Assembly (NCBI GenBank): GCA_045636385.1
Contig: JAZTXK010000048.1
Coordinates: 1,954-65,953, forward strand
Direction of reading: 5' to 3'
DNA length: 64,000 bases
From: Eubacteriales bacterium
Lineage (GTDB): Bacteria; Bacillota; Clostridia; Oscillospirales; CAG-272
The notes beneath the pieces were generated by a model, which was not told the DNA's origin, did no database searches, and saw only the letters and a program-made list of their open reading frames with translations. The position numbers and the translations under genes were made by a program. How positions within the stretch are numbered: the stretch's first letter is position 1; every line of letters begins with the position of its first letter. Shown piece by piece: positions 43,242 to 52,433 of this stretch.

Positions 43242-44594
43242 TCATATCTTTTTCATTGCCTTCTTGAATTGGAAGGCGAAGAGGATCACTGTGAAAGTAA
43301 CGGCGATAATATCCGCGATCGGCTCTGCGGTGTAAACTCCGACCGCCTTATCAGCCATAAACTGCGGAACTATATAGATCAGCGGCAGAAGGAGCACGAA
43401 TTTGCGCACGACGGCAACCGTGACCGACGAAAGCGCCTTACCGAGCGAAACAAAGGTCATCTGGCAAGCGATCTGCGCGCCGAAAATGATAAGTCCGCCG
43501 AAATAGATTCGGATGACGCCCGCGGTGAAGTCGATAAGCGCCGCGTCGGGAGTGAATATCGAGGGTAAGAAGCGCGGGAAGATCATGATCACGCCCCACA
43601 AAAGAACCGAATAGCTAAGGCAGGAGATAAGGAGCAGGCGGTAGGTCTTTTTGACGCGGTCGGCGTTTTTCGCGCCGTAATTATAGCTGAGTATCGGCTG
43701 TGCTCCCTGCGCGATACCGTTCATCGGGAGCATTGCAAACTGCATCACGCTTGAAAGGATCGTCATCGCGCCGACGGCAATATCTCCGCCGTATTCGAGA
43801 AGTGACGAATTGAAGCATACCGAGATCACGCTCTCGCTCGCCTGCATCATAAAGGGAGCAAGTCCGAGCGCAAGACAGGGGAATATGACCTTCCCCTCAA
43901 TCTTCATATCGGAGAATTTCAAGCGAAGCAGTGCCTTTTTCGAGAAAAGGAAGAAGAGAACCCAAGCGGTTGAAAGCGACTGCGCTATGACGGTTGCAAG
44001 CGCGGCGCCGCGGACTCCCATATTGAAGCCGTAAATGAACAGCGCATCAAGCAGGATATTCGATATCGCTCCGATGCCGACGGATATCATCGAGATCTTC
44101 GAGCAGCCCTGAGCCGTCACGAATGCATTCATTCCGAGCGTAAGCTGAACGAAAATCGTGCCGAGGGCGTAGATGCTCATATAATCGCAGGCGTATTCGA
44201 TCGTGTTTTCACTCGCGCCGAAGGCTAAGAGCAGCGGACGGTTAAATACAAGCAAAACGGTGGTCAGTATCACCGAAACCAATATCTGAAGCGAGAAGCA
44301 ATTGCCGAGAATCTTCTCCGCAGAGTCGATCTTTCTTTCACCCATTGCGATCGATGCGCGCGGCGCGCCGCCCGAGCCAACCAGAGCGGCTACCGCAGAA
44401 ACGGTCATAATGATCGGCAGACAAACTCCGACACCCGTAAGCGCGAGATCTCCGACCCCGGGGATGTGTCCTATGAAAATACGGTCCACGATATTATAGA
44501 GCATATTGATCAGCTGCGCCGCAACTGTCGGTACGGCGAGTTTAAAAAGCAGCCTTCCGATCGGCGCAGTACCAAGGAATTCTTTGTTGTTCAT
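43242..44594 (-). CDS. MATE-family efflux transporter
   Basis: From MNNKEFLGTAPIGRLLFKLAVPTVAAQLINMLYNIVDRIFIGH, a typical MATE N-terminus. About 12 TM helices. Confidence 0.85.
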   Translation of the reverse strand: MNNKEFLGTAPIGRLLFKLAVPTVAAQLINMLYNIVDRIFIGHIPGVGDLALTGVGVCLPIIMTVSAVAALVGSGGAPRASIAMGERKIDSAEKILGNCFSLQILVSVILTTVLLVFNRPLLLAFGASENTIEYACDYMSIYALGTIFVQLTLGMNAFVTAQGCSKISMISVGIGAISNILLDALFIYGFNMGVRGAALATVIAQSLSTAWVLFFLFSKKALLRLKFSDMKIEGKVIFPCLALGLAPFMMQASESVISVCFNSSLLEYGGDIAVGAMTILSSVMQFAMLPMNGIAQGAQPILSYNYGAKNADRVKKTYRLLLISCLSYSVLLWGVIMIFPRFLPSIFTPDAALIDFTAGVIRIYFGGLIIFGAQIACQMTFVSLGKALSSVTVAVVRKFVLLLPLIYIVPQFMADKAVGVYTAEPIADIIAVTFTVILFAFQFKKAMKKI

Positions 44595-44757
44595 ACAAAT
44601 CCCCCTTCGTTTTATAAATAGTATTTTACCACAATAAAATATTTTTGTCAACAATAAATTGTTCAACAATTGTTGAAATAAAAAGCGAATAACGCGGTAG
44701 ACAACGGGGAATTTTTATGATATAATATAAGATACAAAAGTTTCAAAGGAGGACGAA

Positions 44758-45528
44758 ATGGCAAAAAAGGTCAAGAATTTCCGAGATCTCGGCGGCATTC
44801 CCGCGGCAAACGGAAAGAGCGTTTGCTACGGCAAGCTTTACCGTAGCGGACATCTCGGCAAGATCAAGCTCGAGGTTGCAGAAAAGCTGCGCGATAAAAA
44901 GGGACTTCGCACCGTCATCGACCTCCGCGCGCCCGCAGAGCTTTCGCACAAGCGCGATATCGTTCCCGAGGGCGTAGATTATCTCCACATCCCGCCGCTG
45001 ACCGACGAGCAGAATCCCGCGGTCACGCGACACACCGGGCCTTCGATCCTGAAAAAGATCATGAAGGTCGAGGGCGGCGCGCGCACCTACCTCGCCGACA
45101 CCTACCGCACTATGATCTCATCCGAAAACTCACTTGAAGCGCTCCGCGAGTTTTTCCGCGTTCTGCTCGAGGACGACGGCGCGGTGCTTTGGCATTGTAC
45201 GCAGGGAAAGGATCGCACGGGCGTTGCCGCGGCGGCTATCCTTCTCGCGCTCGGCGTTGACCGCGACGAGATAATGCGCGACTATATGAAGACTAACCGC
45301 ACCTGCTTCTTCAAGAACTTCTGGATCTATATCGGCGTTGTGCTTGTGACCTTCAACGTTCGCAAGGCGCATAACCTCAACCTCCTTCTCTCCTCCCGCC
45401 GCGGCTTTATGCGCGCCGCATTCGACGAGATCGACCGCGTATGGAACGGCACGGAAGGATTTCTTCACAATGCGCTCGGGCTTTCCGATGCTGATATAAA
45501 AGAGTTACGAGAGATTTATCTTGTTTAA
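44758..45528 (+). CDS. protein-tyrosine phosphatase family protein
   Basis: NFRDLGG N-terminus and the CX5R active site HCTQGKDRTG. Confidence 0.8.
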   Translation: MAKKVKNFRDLGGIPAANGKSVCYGKLYRSGHLGKIKLEVAEKLRDKKGLRTVIDLRAPAELSHKRDIVPEGVDYLHIPPLTDEQNPAVTRHTGPSILKKIMKVEGGARTYLADTYRTMISSENSLEALREFFRVLLEDDGAVLWHCTQGKDRTGVAAAAILLALGVDRDEIMRDYMKTNRTCFFKNFWIYIGVVLVTFNVRKAHNLNLLLSSRRGFMRAAFDEIDRVWNGTEGFLHNALGLSDADIKELREIYLV

Positions 45529-45530
45529 TA

Positions 45531-45562
45531 AAAAAAGCAAGTCCACGCGGACTTGCTTTTTT
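45531..45562. terminator. bidirectional terminator hairpin
   Basis: GCAAGTCC-ACGC-GGACTTGC flanked by A and T runs, between convergent genes. Confidence 0.65.
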
Positions 45563-45563
45563 G

Positions 45564-46505
45564 TTATTCAAATGCCTTCGAGAACGGAAGAATATCCGCT
45601 TCGCCGTAAAGCTCCTCGTAATCTTCGCCAAGGAAGCAGGCAAAAGTACTTGCTCGACCGAATCCCATTTCACGGTATTCGCGGACGTCCTCCACCATCG
45701 CATCTTCATTCAGAACAAAGCGGGCGGGCGGCTTTTTCCAGCGCGAATAGAGCGAATTATCGTACCAATATTCAAGAACCTTCGCATCCGCTCTGCCGAA
45801 ACAATCGAGAAGCGGCGCGATCATCTCGCGTTCTCTCTCAATACGAACTGCGGAATCCTCGCCTTTAGCGGTGTACTTTTCAAAGGGCGCGTATTCGAGG
45901 AAGATCGAACCGTCCTTCCGAACCGAGGTCGGGGGTGCAATCGTGTCGATATAAGCAAGATACGCCATCCGCGCATCGGGGATATGCCGTCTGATCTCGC
46001 CGAGAGCCGCGCGCAAGGCTATATACTGCTGATCCGACGGAGAAAGGTTTTGACACTTCGGGCAGTTGCAATGAATCCCGCGCCCGTCGTCCATCCAGAA
46101 ATAATAATCCTTACCGCTTCCGTAAAGCGCGAGAGCAAGATCGGCGGCACGGCGTGCGAAAAGACCAAGTGCCTCGGGGTTCGAAACGCAGAAATTCCAA
46201 TCGGGCGTCCGCTCGCCATCTGAATTCATTCTGAAATATTCGGGGTGCTCCGCGAAAAGCGACTTATCCATAAGGTATCCCGCCGCGTGGAACTCGTATT
46301 CAACCTCAAGTCCGCGGCTTCGGGCGTAGTCGATAAGCTCGCGGTATTCGGGCGTTTTCAGCAAATCAAGCAGACGCTCAAGCGACTTCGGCGCACCGCT
46401 TCCGCCCTCGGGATGGATACCGAGCACGTTAATATTTGCATTCGCAAGCCTGTCGATCCACTTTTTCGACAGCTCACCGGGGTGAATTATCATTCCGTTT
46501 TTCAT
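45564..46505 (-). CDS. hypothetical glycosidase-like protein with CNCPKC motif (possibly DUF4838-type)
   Basis: 313-aa ORF of good coding quality. Contains WMDDGRGIHCNCPKCQ. The family assignment is tentative. Confidence 0.4.
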   Translation of the reverse strand: MKNGMIIHPGELSKKWIDRLANANINVLGIHPEGGSGAPKSLERLLDLLKTPEYRELIDYARSRGLEVEYEFHAAGYLMDKSLFAEHPEYFRMNSDGERTPDWNFCVSNPEALGLFARRAADLALALYGSGKDYYFWMDDGRGIHCNCPKCQNLSPSDQQYIALRAALGEIRRHIPDARMAYLAYIDTIAPPTSVRKDGSIFLEYAPFEKYTAKGEDSAVRIEREREMIAPLLDCFGRADAKVLEYWYDNSLYSRWKKPPARFVLNEDAMVEDVREYREMGFGRASTFACFLGEDYEELYGEADILPFSKAFE

Positions 46506-46517
46506 ATTTTAACCCTT

Positions 46518-49238
46518 TTACTTAAAACAGTTTCCAAGCACGGCGGCGAGGTGGTCGTAGGTCGGCTCTGTCAGCTTATATCTCGCGGGGTAGTCGAAAT
46601 TTCCGACGGTTTCGTAATAGCCGCAGGTGATGCTCGCACCGTTCGCCTCGGGGCATATCGAGAAGGAAAAGACCGTCTGATAGTCGTAATAAAGCTCGAC
46701 GTGGTAGGTAAATCCGTAATATCCGCGGCTGCTGACGGGGTTGGTCGCCTCTATCTTCTTTACCGTATCAATTATCGTTTGGAAAAGGACTTTATCCAAC
46801 CACTTATTCAAATATGCCCGCTTCCCCGTCTGCCCATTCGTGACAACGATGCGGTCAACCAGTGAAAGGTCTATCTCGGAAAGATCGAGCTTTTTTATCA
46901 GCTCACGGGACTTGGTATCCTCGATCTCAGTCAGCTTAACGTGACCACTCTCGAGCGTGATCACGTAGATATGGGTCGCGCCGTCCTCGGTCACACCGCG
47001 CAGGCGGAGATTTCCGTCGTCGGTGTAAAGCTTAACACTCATCGGAGCGACCTCGTAGGTATCGTCATAGATGAGCGCCCTTCCGTCCTCGCTGACCATA
47101 TAGCGAAGTGTGAACTTATCGCCGTCAAGTCCGAGGGCAATCTTATTTAGCTCCTGAGCACCGTCGCCGTCGATATCAAAATAGGTTGATTCATAGACCG
47201 AAGGATAATATATGCGCTCCGACACGCCGAAAAGCATATCGTACAACATAGCAAGATACAGATTTTTCTGCGGAGTGGCATCGTCCATCGCCACCCAATT
47301 CATCCAATAATCGCCGATATAGCTCGATATCGGATTCTGCCAAGGTACTATGTTAATGTCATTCGGTCCGAGGTTATTTTGAATCAGAATCTGCCGCATC
47401 CCGCTTGCGTCAACGCCCTTGAGATCCCAAAGCTCATCGTCAAGCCAATCACGCTCCTTGGATTCAAGCAGACCGAAGGAAAAGCCTCCCTTACCCATCT
47501 GCCAGACGTAGACGTCGTATTTTTTCGAGGAATCGTATACGAAATCGAGAGAGTTCTTCTTCTCTTCCCTTACCACCTCAAAATCCACCCACGCGCCGTG
47601 GCATTCAAAGCGGTATTTGCCGGGTGTGGATATGTCGTAATGCTCGGTTATATTGTACCCGGACGACGAATTTGAACCGGACAATACAATGCTCTCATTT
47701 TGATCCCATCCGCATTTGTCCTCAAGCTTAACAAGTTCGTCACCCTCATAGTGGAAAACCTCAAAATGGGGGCCGATCACTTGCTCCTTGTCGCTTCCAT
47801 TTATCCAGTTGATTTGGAAAATAATGTCGTCGCCGGCGTCACGCGCGTGCTTGAGCTCGATGTTGACACCCGGCACGTCACAACCGCTGTCACCGATTTG
47901 GACATAAAGCTCATGATTCCACTCTAAAACCCGCCCGGAAAGCACCGGGTTTCCATACTCATCAAGAAGCCATTCGGCATCCGTCTTCTCAAAGACAAGC
48001 TCGCCATCCATAAGTCCGAGCTTGTCCACATCGACCTCGAGAACAAGATCGCCGCGCCTCATTTTGAACTTGCCTGAAAGCAGCAGATCTGTATCGGTTA
48101 TCTCAATGTCATAGAGAGGGTCCTTGTATATCTCGGCGACCGCGTTATTTCCCGCCTCCCGCCAATAAATGGTAATAACATAGCTTTTAGCGTCCTGCGA
48201 CAGATACCCCTTTATACTGTAATCATCGTCGACGTAAAAGGACACAAGCACATCGTCGAGGCATACCCATTCGGTTCCCGGCTCAAGCATCTCCTTCACT
48301 TTAGTACGAGGATTCGTTAAGAAGCAGACCGAAAGGACGAGCGTTGCAACGAACGCGACAACAATTATCCAAAACGCAGGCTTTTTATAATTCAGTACCA
48401 TTTTTATTCTCTCCTTTACTCCAACCTCGCCAAACGCAAGCGGGCAAGCCATTATCCGTCTGCGGTGCAGGCTGCATGCGAGAAGTGCCTCGGAATAGCT
48501 CTTTTTCGCGTCGGCGGGCATCTCTTTAATAACCTTTTCGTCGCACGCCGCTTCGATATCGCGGCAAAGAAGCGCGTAAGCCGCCCACAAAAGCGGGTTG
48601 AACCAGTAAAACGCGAGAAGTGCGAATCCCACCGGCTTCCAGAGGTGGTCGCCGCGGCGGAGGTGCGCCTTTTCGTGGGCGAGGACGTGATCAAGTGCTT
48701 CGCCGCGCATTCCCGACGGAACGTAAACGCGCGGGCGGAATACTCCGAGTATAAATGGCGAATCGACGTCGTCGCAGAAATAAACCTTATTCTCGCCCTT
48801 GACCGACACGCGAACCTTGACGCGGAGCGAAATATAGGAAACGATTCCGTAGCCGAGCATCAGAGCGATGCCGATCACCCAGACCCACGAGGCTGCCGCG
48901 ATGACAATCTGCATCGGATTGACACTTGCGCCGACCTCGGGCGCGAGGGTGGTCGAAATTATCGGATTTATCGCATCATTCAGCACGCCGACGCCGCTGT
49001 TTATCGCGGGCGCGGGCGACATTGTGATATTCTGCGGCAGAGGTTCCGCCGACGGCACGAGGCTGAATATGCTTTCAAGCGAAAACGGGAAAACGAGCCG
49101 CAAGCCGACGATGCCCCAGAGAAGGCAGTTTATCCATTTCGGCGCCTTCTTCATCAGCGGGCGGCAGATGAGTATGGCAAGCACGAGCCAACCCGCGGTC
49201 ACGCCGAGGTTGAAAATTTTAATGAAAAGGTCGTTCAT
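46518..49238 (-). CDS. BlaR1/MecR1-type M56 peptidase signal transducer with ~600-aa C-terminal ectodomain
   Basis: N-terminal TM helices and the zinc motif LAHEKAHLRRGDHLWK. The long C-terminal region has no motif I recognise. 2 nt downstream of blaI. Confidence 0.8.
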   Translation of the reverse strand: MNDLFIKIFNLGVTAGWLVLAILICRPLMKKAPKWINCLLWGIVGLRLVFPFSLESIFSLVPSAEPLPQNITMSPAPAINSGVGVLNDAINPIISTTLAPEVGASVNPMQIVIAAASWVWVIGIALMLGYGIVSYISLRVKVRVSVKGENKVYFCDDVDSPFILGVFRPRVYVPSGMRGEALDHVLAHEKAHLRRGDHLWKPVGFALLAFYWFNPLLWAAYALLCRDIEAACDEKVIKEMPADAKKSYSEALLACSLHRRRIMACPLAFGEVGVKERIKMVLNYKKPAFWIIVVAFVATLVLSVCFLTNPRTKVKEMLEPGTEWVCLDDVLVSFYVDDDYSIKGYLSQDAKSYVITIYWREAGNNAVAEIYKDPLYDIEITDTDLLLSGKFKMRRGDLVLEVDVDKLGLMDGELVFEKTDAEWLLDEYGNPVLSGRVLEWNHELYVQIGDSGCDVPGVNIELKHARDAGDDIIFQINWINGSDKEQVIGPHFEVFHYEGDELVKLEDKCGWDQNESIVLSGSNSSSGYNITEHYDISTPGKYRFECHGAWVDFEVVREEKKNSLDFVYDSSKKYDVYVWQMGKGGFSFGLLESKERDWLDDELWDLKGVDASGMRQILIQNNLGPNDINIVPWQNPISSYIGDYWMNWVAMDDATPQKNLYLAMLYDMLFGVSERIYYPSVYESTYFDIDGDGAQELNKIALGLDGDKFTLRYMVSEDGRALIYDDTYEVAPMSVKLYTDDGNLRLRGVTEDGATHIYVITLESGHVKLTEIEDTKSRELIKKLDLSEIDLSLVDRIVVTNGQTGKRAYLNKWLDKVLFQTIIDTVKKIEATNPVSSRGYYGFTYHVELYYDYQTVFSFSICPEANGASITCGYYETVGNFDYPARYKLTEPTYDHLAAVLGNCFK

Positions 49239-49240
49239 AA

Positions 49241-49603
49241 TTACTCCTTTCCGAATTGCTCGATCATACGGCGGATCTCCTCTATCTCGCTTTCGCTCGG
49301 CTTTTTGCGCGAAGCAAATGCCGCGATAAAGGCGGGAAGCGAGCCGCCAAAGGTATCGTCTACGAATTTTTCGCTCTGCATCGCGTAAAATTCATCCCTT
49401 GCTATCAGCACACTGACGGTGCTGTTCTCCGTATGAAAAATTCCGCGCTCGCAAAGCTTTTTGAGCACCGTGTACGTCGTTGTGCGTTTCCAGTTGAGCT
49501 CCCTCTCGCAGAGTGCGACAAGCTCCTTGGTCGAAAGCGGAGCATTTGCCCACACGATATCAGCGAAGCGCGCCTCAACCGCGCCGAGTCTTAATTCTTC
49601 CAT
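49241..49603 (-). CDS. BlaI/MecI/CopY-family transcriptional repressor
   Basis: 120 aa. wHTH (TKELVALCERELNWKRTTTYTVLKKLCERG). Immediately upstream of the M56 gene. Confidence 0.85.
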   Translation of the reverse strand: MEELRLGAVEARFADIVWANAPLSTKELVALCERELNWKRTTTYTVLKKLCERGIFHTENSTVSVLIARDEFYAMQSEKFVDDTFGGSLPAFIAAFASRKKPSESEIEEIRRMIEQFGKE

Positions 49604-49619
49604 TTCAATCCCCTTTCTT

Positions 49620-49674
49620 GTCTATCGTCAGTAGACTGCATATATAGTCTATCACAAATAGACAGATTTGTCAA
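49620..49674 (-). promoter_or_regulatory. promoter with three interlocked GTCTA/TAGAC inverted repeats (candidate BlaI operator)
   Basis: GTCTA-N7-TAGAC (49620-36), TAGACT-N8-AGTCTA (49632-51) and GTCTAT-N5-ATAGAC (49647-63). Minus-strand TTGACA at 49669-74, 17 nt from TAGACT. Confidence 0.4.
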
Positions 49675-49693
49675 GGGTTTTTGAAAATATTCT

Positions 49694-49725
49694 CAAAAAA
49701 ATTTCGGGGCGCGGATGCGCCCCGA
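49694..49725 (-). terminator. intrinsic terminator downstream of the RyR islet
   Basis: TCGGGGCGC-GGAT-GCGCCCCGA, followed on the minus strand by AAATTTTTTT. Confidence 0.6.
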
Positions 49726-50068
49726 TTTGAATATTATTCCTTATTCATAAAGCCGGCGATGCTGATAAATCCTTTGCTCAAAGCAAAGAAACGATCATTG
49801 TACCGTCGCCGATATTGTATCCATAGCAGCCTTCGAGCATTCCACAGTTTGCTATACGTACAGCAACAGCCCCTTCAACACGTTTATACTACGCGAGGTG
49901 AAACGACATAAGGAAAAGCTTATTTTTCAGCATCCACCCAAGCCGTGAAGCACATGGGCAGATTGCATTGCAAACCGCCCATGCGTTTGCATCGTAATTT
50001 GCTATTTCGTCCTCAGTTGATTTCAGGTTAATTTAATTATTCACCGTATCTATGAAAATTAAACAGCT

Positions 50069-50350
50069 TTAGCTTTTTTCTATTTTATAACCGAGCGCAA
50101 CTATAAGCTTAAGCGTTGCAAATGCAGTTGCGCGGTCATACTCGCGCTCGCTGTCCGGGAGATCGGAATATGGGATCAGACAGGGATGCGTCTTCTTTTC
50201 ATCATTTCGCTCCTCGCCGTAGGTCCAGCCCTCAGCAATCCTGCCCTGCGACCAAACGTCGTGCACCTGCTCCGCGATCTTTTCCGTAAGTTCAAGAAGC
50301 TCCTCCGGAAGCTTTACGTTATCGGTATTAATTGGTTTTGGTGTGTACAT
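50069..50350 (-). CDS. stand-alone RyR-domain protein
   Basis: LLELTEKIAEQVHDVWSQGRIAEGWTYGEERNDEKKTHPCLIPYSDLPDSEREYDRATAFATLKLIVALGYKI closely matches the RyR (PF02026) repeat consensus. ATG 50350 has AAAGG 6 nt upstream; the listed start is GTG 50392. Confidence 0.75.
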   Translation of the reverse strand: MYTPKPINTDNVKLPEELLELTEKIAEQVHDVWSQGRIAEGWTYGEERNDEKKTHPCLIPYSDLPDSEREYDRATAFATLKLIVALGYKIEKS

Positions 50351-50394
50351 TTTCTGCCTTTCATATATGATATTTGATTCTATTATATGCACGC

Positions 50395-52407
50395 TTACGC
50401 ATCCTTGCGCAGATCATCGTCGGTAAGCTTTTTAACCGACACAAGCTTATCGTGAGTTTTAGTAAGATCGTTGCGTGTTTCAGAGTAACAGTACCCTTCG
50501 CTGCGCATATATGCATTCCAGCGCACGTGCTCGAACAGTCCGATCTCAAGCTTTTCCTCATCATTGAGTTCTTCCCAAGCCTTGCCCAAGCCCTTGATGG
50601 GTTGTATGTACTTTCTGTCAACCAGCTTAACACGAAGCGCCTCATGGATAGCCTTGGCAATGGAAGATTTATAATGATAATTATATTTCCAAAATTTCTT
50701 TTCTTCCTTGACTTTATCCTCTGCGGTATTCGCCCAACGGCTATTTACCACTTTGCCTGCCTCAATAAGCTCCGAATTTATAACAGTCTTAACGGAGTAA
50801 AAGCTTTCGAGATCACCGATCATATGTATATTGTAAGCCTGACCTTTGAAATTCTTGATACCGCCCGGATCGCTGTTTTTCGTCAGATCGCCCGGGAAGG
50901 TAACACTCATTTCGCGCGTGATATTGGTATCGTAAACCACAGTCTCTATATCGGGATTCATATTTGGAGCAATCTTACAGTACTCAGAACGTATCCTTAC
51001 GGCAACATCAATATTCTCCTCGTCCTTACCCAGACAAACAAAAATGTACGTTGGGTCACTGACACAATTTAGTTTTTCGTAAAAATCATATCTGCTTACG
51101 TCTACTCCACCGTAGATATTTATATCGTAGTACGCCTCACCCTCTGTTTTATCGCGATTTTTCTCAATAAGCTCCGGGCACTGTGCCTTAAATTTTGCCT
51201 CTATATCCTCATCTTCGTCAAAAACCGTGATCTTTATCTTAAATCCGGGCACCTGACAGTACCAGACGAGAGCCTTAAGCATTTCAATGCCGTATCTTCC
51301 AAGACCTACTATGACTGCTGATATAGTATTATTATTCTGCTTATGGGCGTTATCAAAAAGTCTTATGCCGTTGGCGTAAAGATTGTGATATATCAAAGCC
51401 TGAATATCATTGACCCTGTATATCTGCATTTTCTTATTATCCCAGGCGCTGAGAAGCATCTCGCACTCCATAGTGTCGGAGAAGACATACATAGCGACCT
51501 CGTCATAGTCCCACCTTTTGATAATATGCGTCGCATAATTAATCTTTTCGGTTTCATGTTCGCCCGTAAGATAGAAGGTTATCCTGACTTTACTTTTTTT
51601 CTTCTCTACTTTCTTCCGCTTGGTTTCTTTTACTTTTTTCGGATTTTTCTGCTTAACTTTTTTCTTCGTCGACGATTCTTTGTCTTTTTTCACCTTATCT
51701 TCGGGAAGGAAACGCTTAAAACGTACGCTATCGATATTGGAATTAAAGATAACCGCACCCATTTCGCGAGCCTTATCGAGGAGCTCGTCATCTTTGTCCT
51801 TCTTTTCGCAACCCGTAAAGACTACCAAAGGCTTAAAAAACCACCTTTTGAACGCATTTTTCTCTTTTTCCGACGCATTCTTTAGAATGCTGTCCGCAAG
51901 AATAACCGTCTTCACGTTCAACTCCGAAAAAACTTGCTTTTCACGCCAGAAAAAGAACCCATATTTTAACCCCGGAACAAAATTCTTTATAAATGATATA
52001 ACAAATCCAAATGTCAGAAAGGGAGCAATAAGCTGAATTGCAAGAACAACAAATTCATAAACTTCAAACAGATGAGCATACTGATGATGCATTGTGCCAT
52101 TCGTTCTCACAAGTTTTTCTATCTGATCACTTATGTTTTCATATATATTGTCGCTCATAAACACTCTTATGGCGTTGTTTATGCTGAAAACGATCGATTT
52201 TATCACCTTATATGACTCTGAGGAATACTTTTCCATAAGCGCGGGAAAGCAAAGGAGCGCAGACATCAGTGCACAGCTTCCCATTAACAAATAAATAACC
52301 CTTCTGCGGTGGTTGAACAGGTCTTTACTAATGAAATCTATAATGAGCAATACAATCTCTATTGACATTACCAGCATTGCTAATAAAAAGCATATACACC
52401 AAATCAT
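50395..52407 (-). CDS. membrane protein with Lys-rich linker, Rossmann (GxGxxG) domain and RyR-like C-terminus
   Basis: 670 aa. 3-4 N-terminal TM helices. KVKKDKESSTKKKVKQKNPKKVKETKRKKVEKKKSK linker. AVIVGLGRYGIEMLKAL dinucleotide-fold motif. C-terminal FEHVRWNAYMRSEGYCYSETRNDLTKTHDKLV. GGGAGG RBS. Confidence 0.6.
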   Translation of the reverse strand: MIWCICFLLAMLVMSIEIVLLIIDFISKDLFNHRRRVIYLLMGSCALMSALLCFPALMEKYSSESYKVIKSIVFSINNAIRVFMSDNIYENISDQIEKLVRTNGTMHHQYAHLFEVYEFVVLAIQLIAPFLTFGFVISFIKNFVPGLKYGFFFWREKQVFSELNVKTVILADSILKNASEKEKNAFKRWFFKPLVVFTGCEKKDKDDELLDKAREMGAVIFNSNIDSVRFKRFLPEDKVKKDKESSTKKKVKQKNPKKVKETKRKKVEKKKSKVRITFYLTGEHETEKINYATHIIKRWDYDEVAMYVFSDTMECEMLLSAWDNKKMQIYRVNDIQALIYHNLYANGIRLFDNAHKQNNNTISAVIVGLGRYGIEMLKALVWYCQVPGFKIKITVFDEDEDIEAKFKAQCPELIEKNRDKTEGEAYYDINIYGGVDVSRYDFYEKLNCVSDPTYIFVCLGKDEENIDVAVRIRSEYCKIAPNMNPDIETVVYDTNITREMSVTFPGDLTKNSDPGGIKNFKGQAYNIHMIGDLESFYSVKTVINSELIEAGKVVNSRWANTAEDKVKEEKKFWKYNYHYKSSIAKAIHEALRVKLVDRKYIQPIKGLGKAWEELNDEEKLEIGLFEHVRWNAYMRSEGYCYSETRNDLTKTHDKLVSVKKLTDDDLRKDA

Positions 52408-52433
52408 AAAATGCCTCCCAAAAGGTCAAATGA

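Noticed and set aside
49735-50060. Possible degraded gene between the RyR gene and its terminator (short minus-strand frames such as ..MLEGCYGYNIGDGTMIVSLL*)
   Set aside because: There are only short, frame-broken fragments with no RBS and no recognisable family. I mention it under the RyR islet finding rather than calling a pseudogene.
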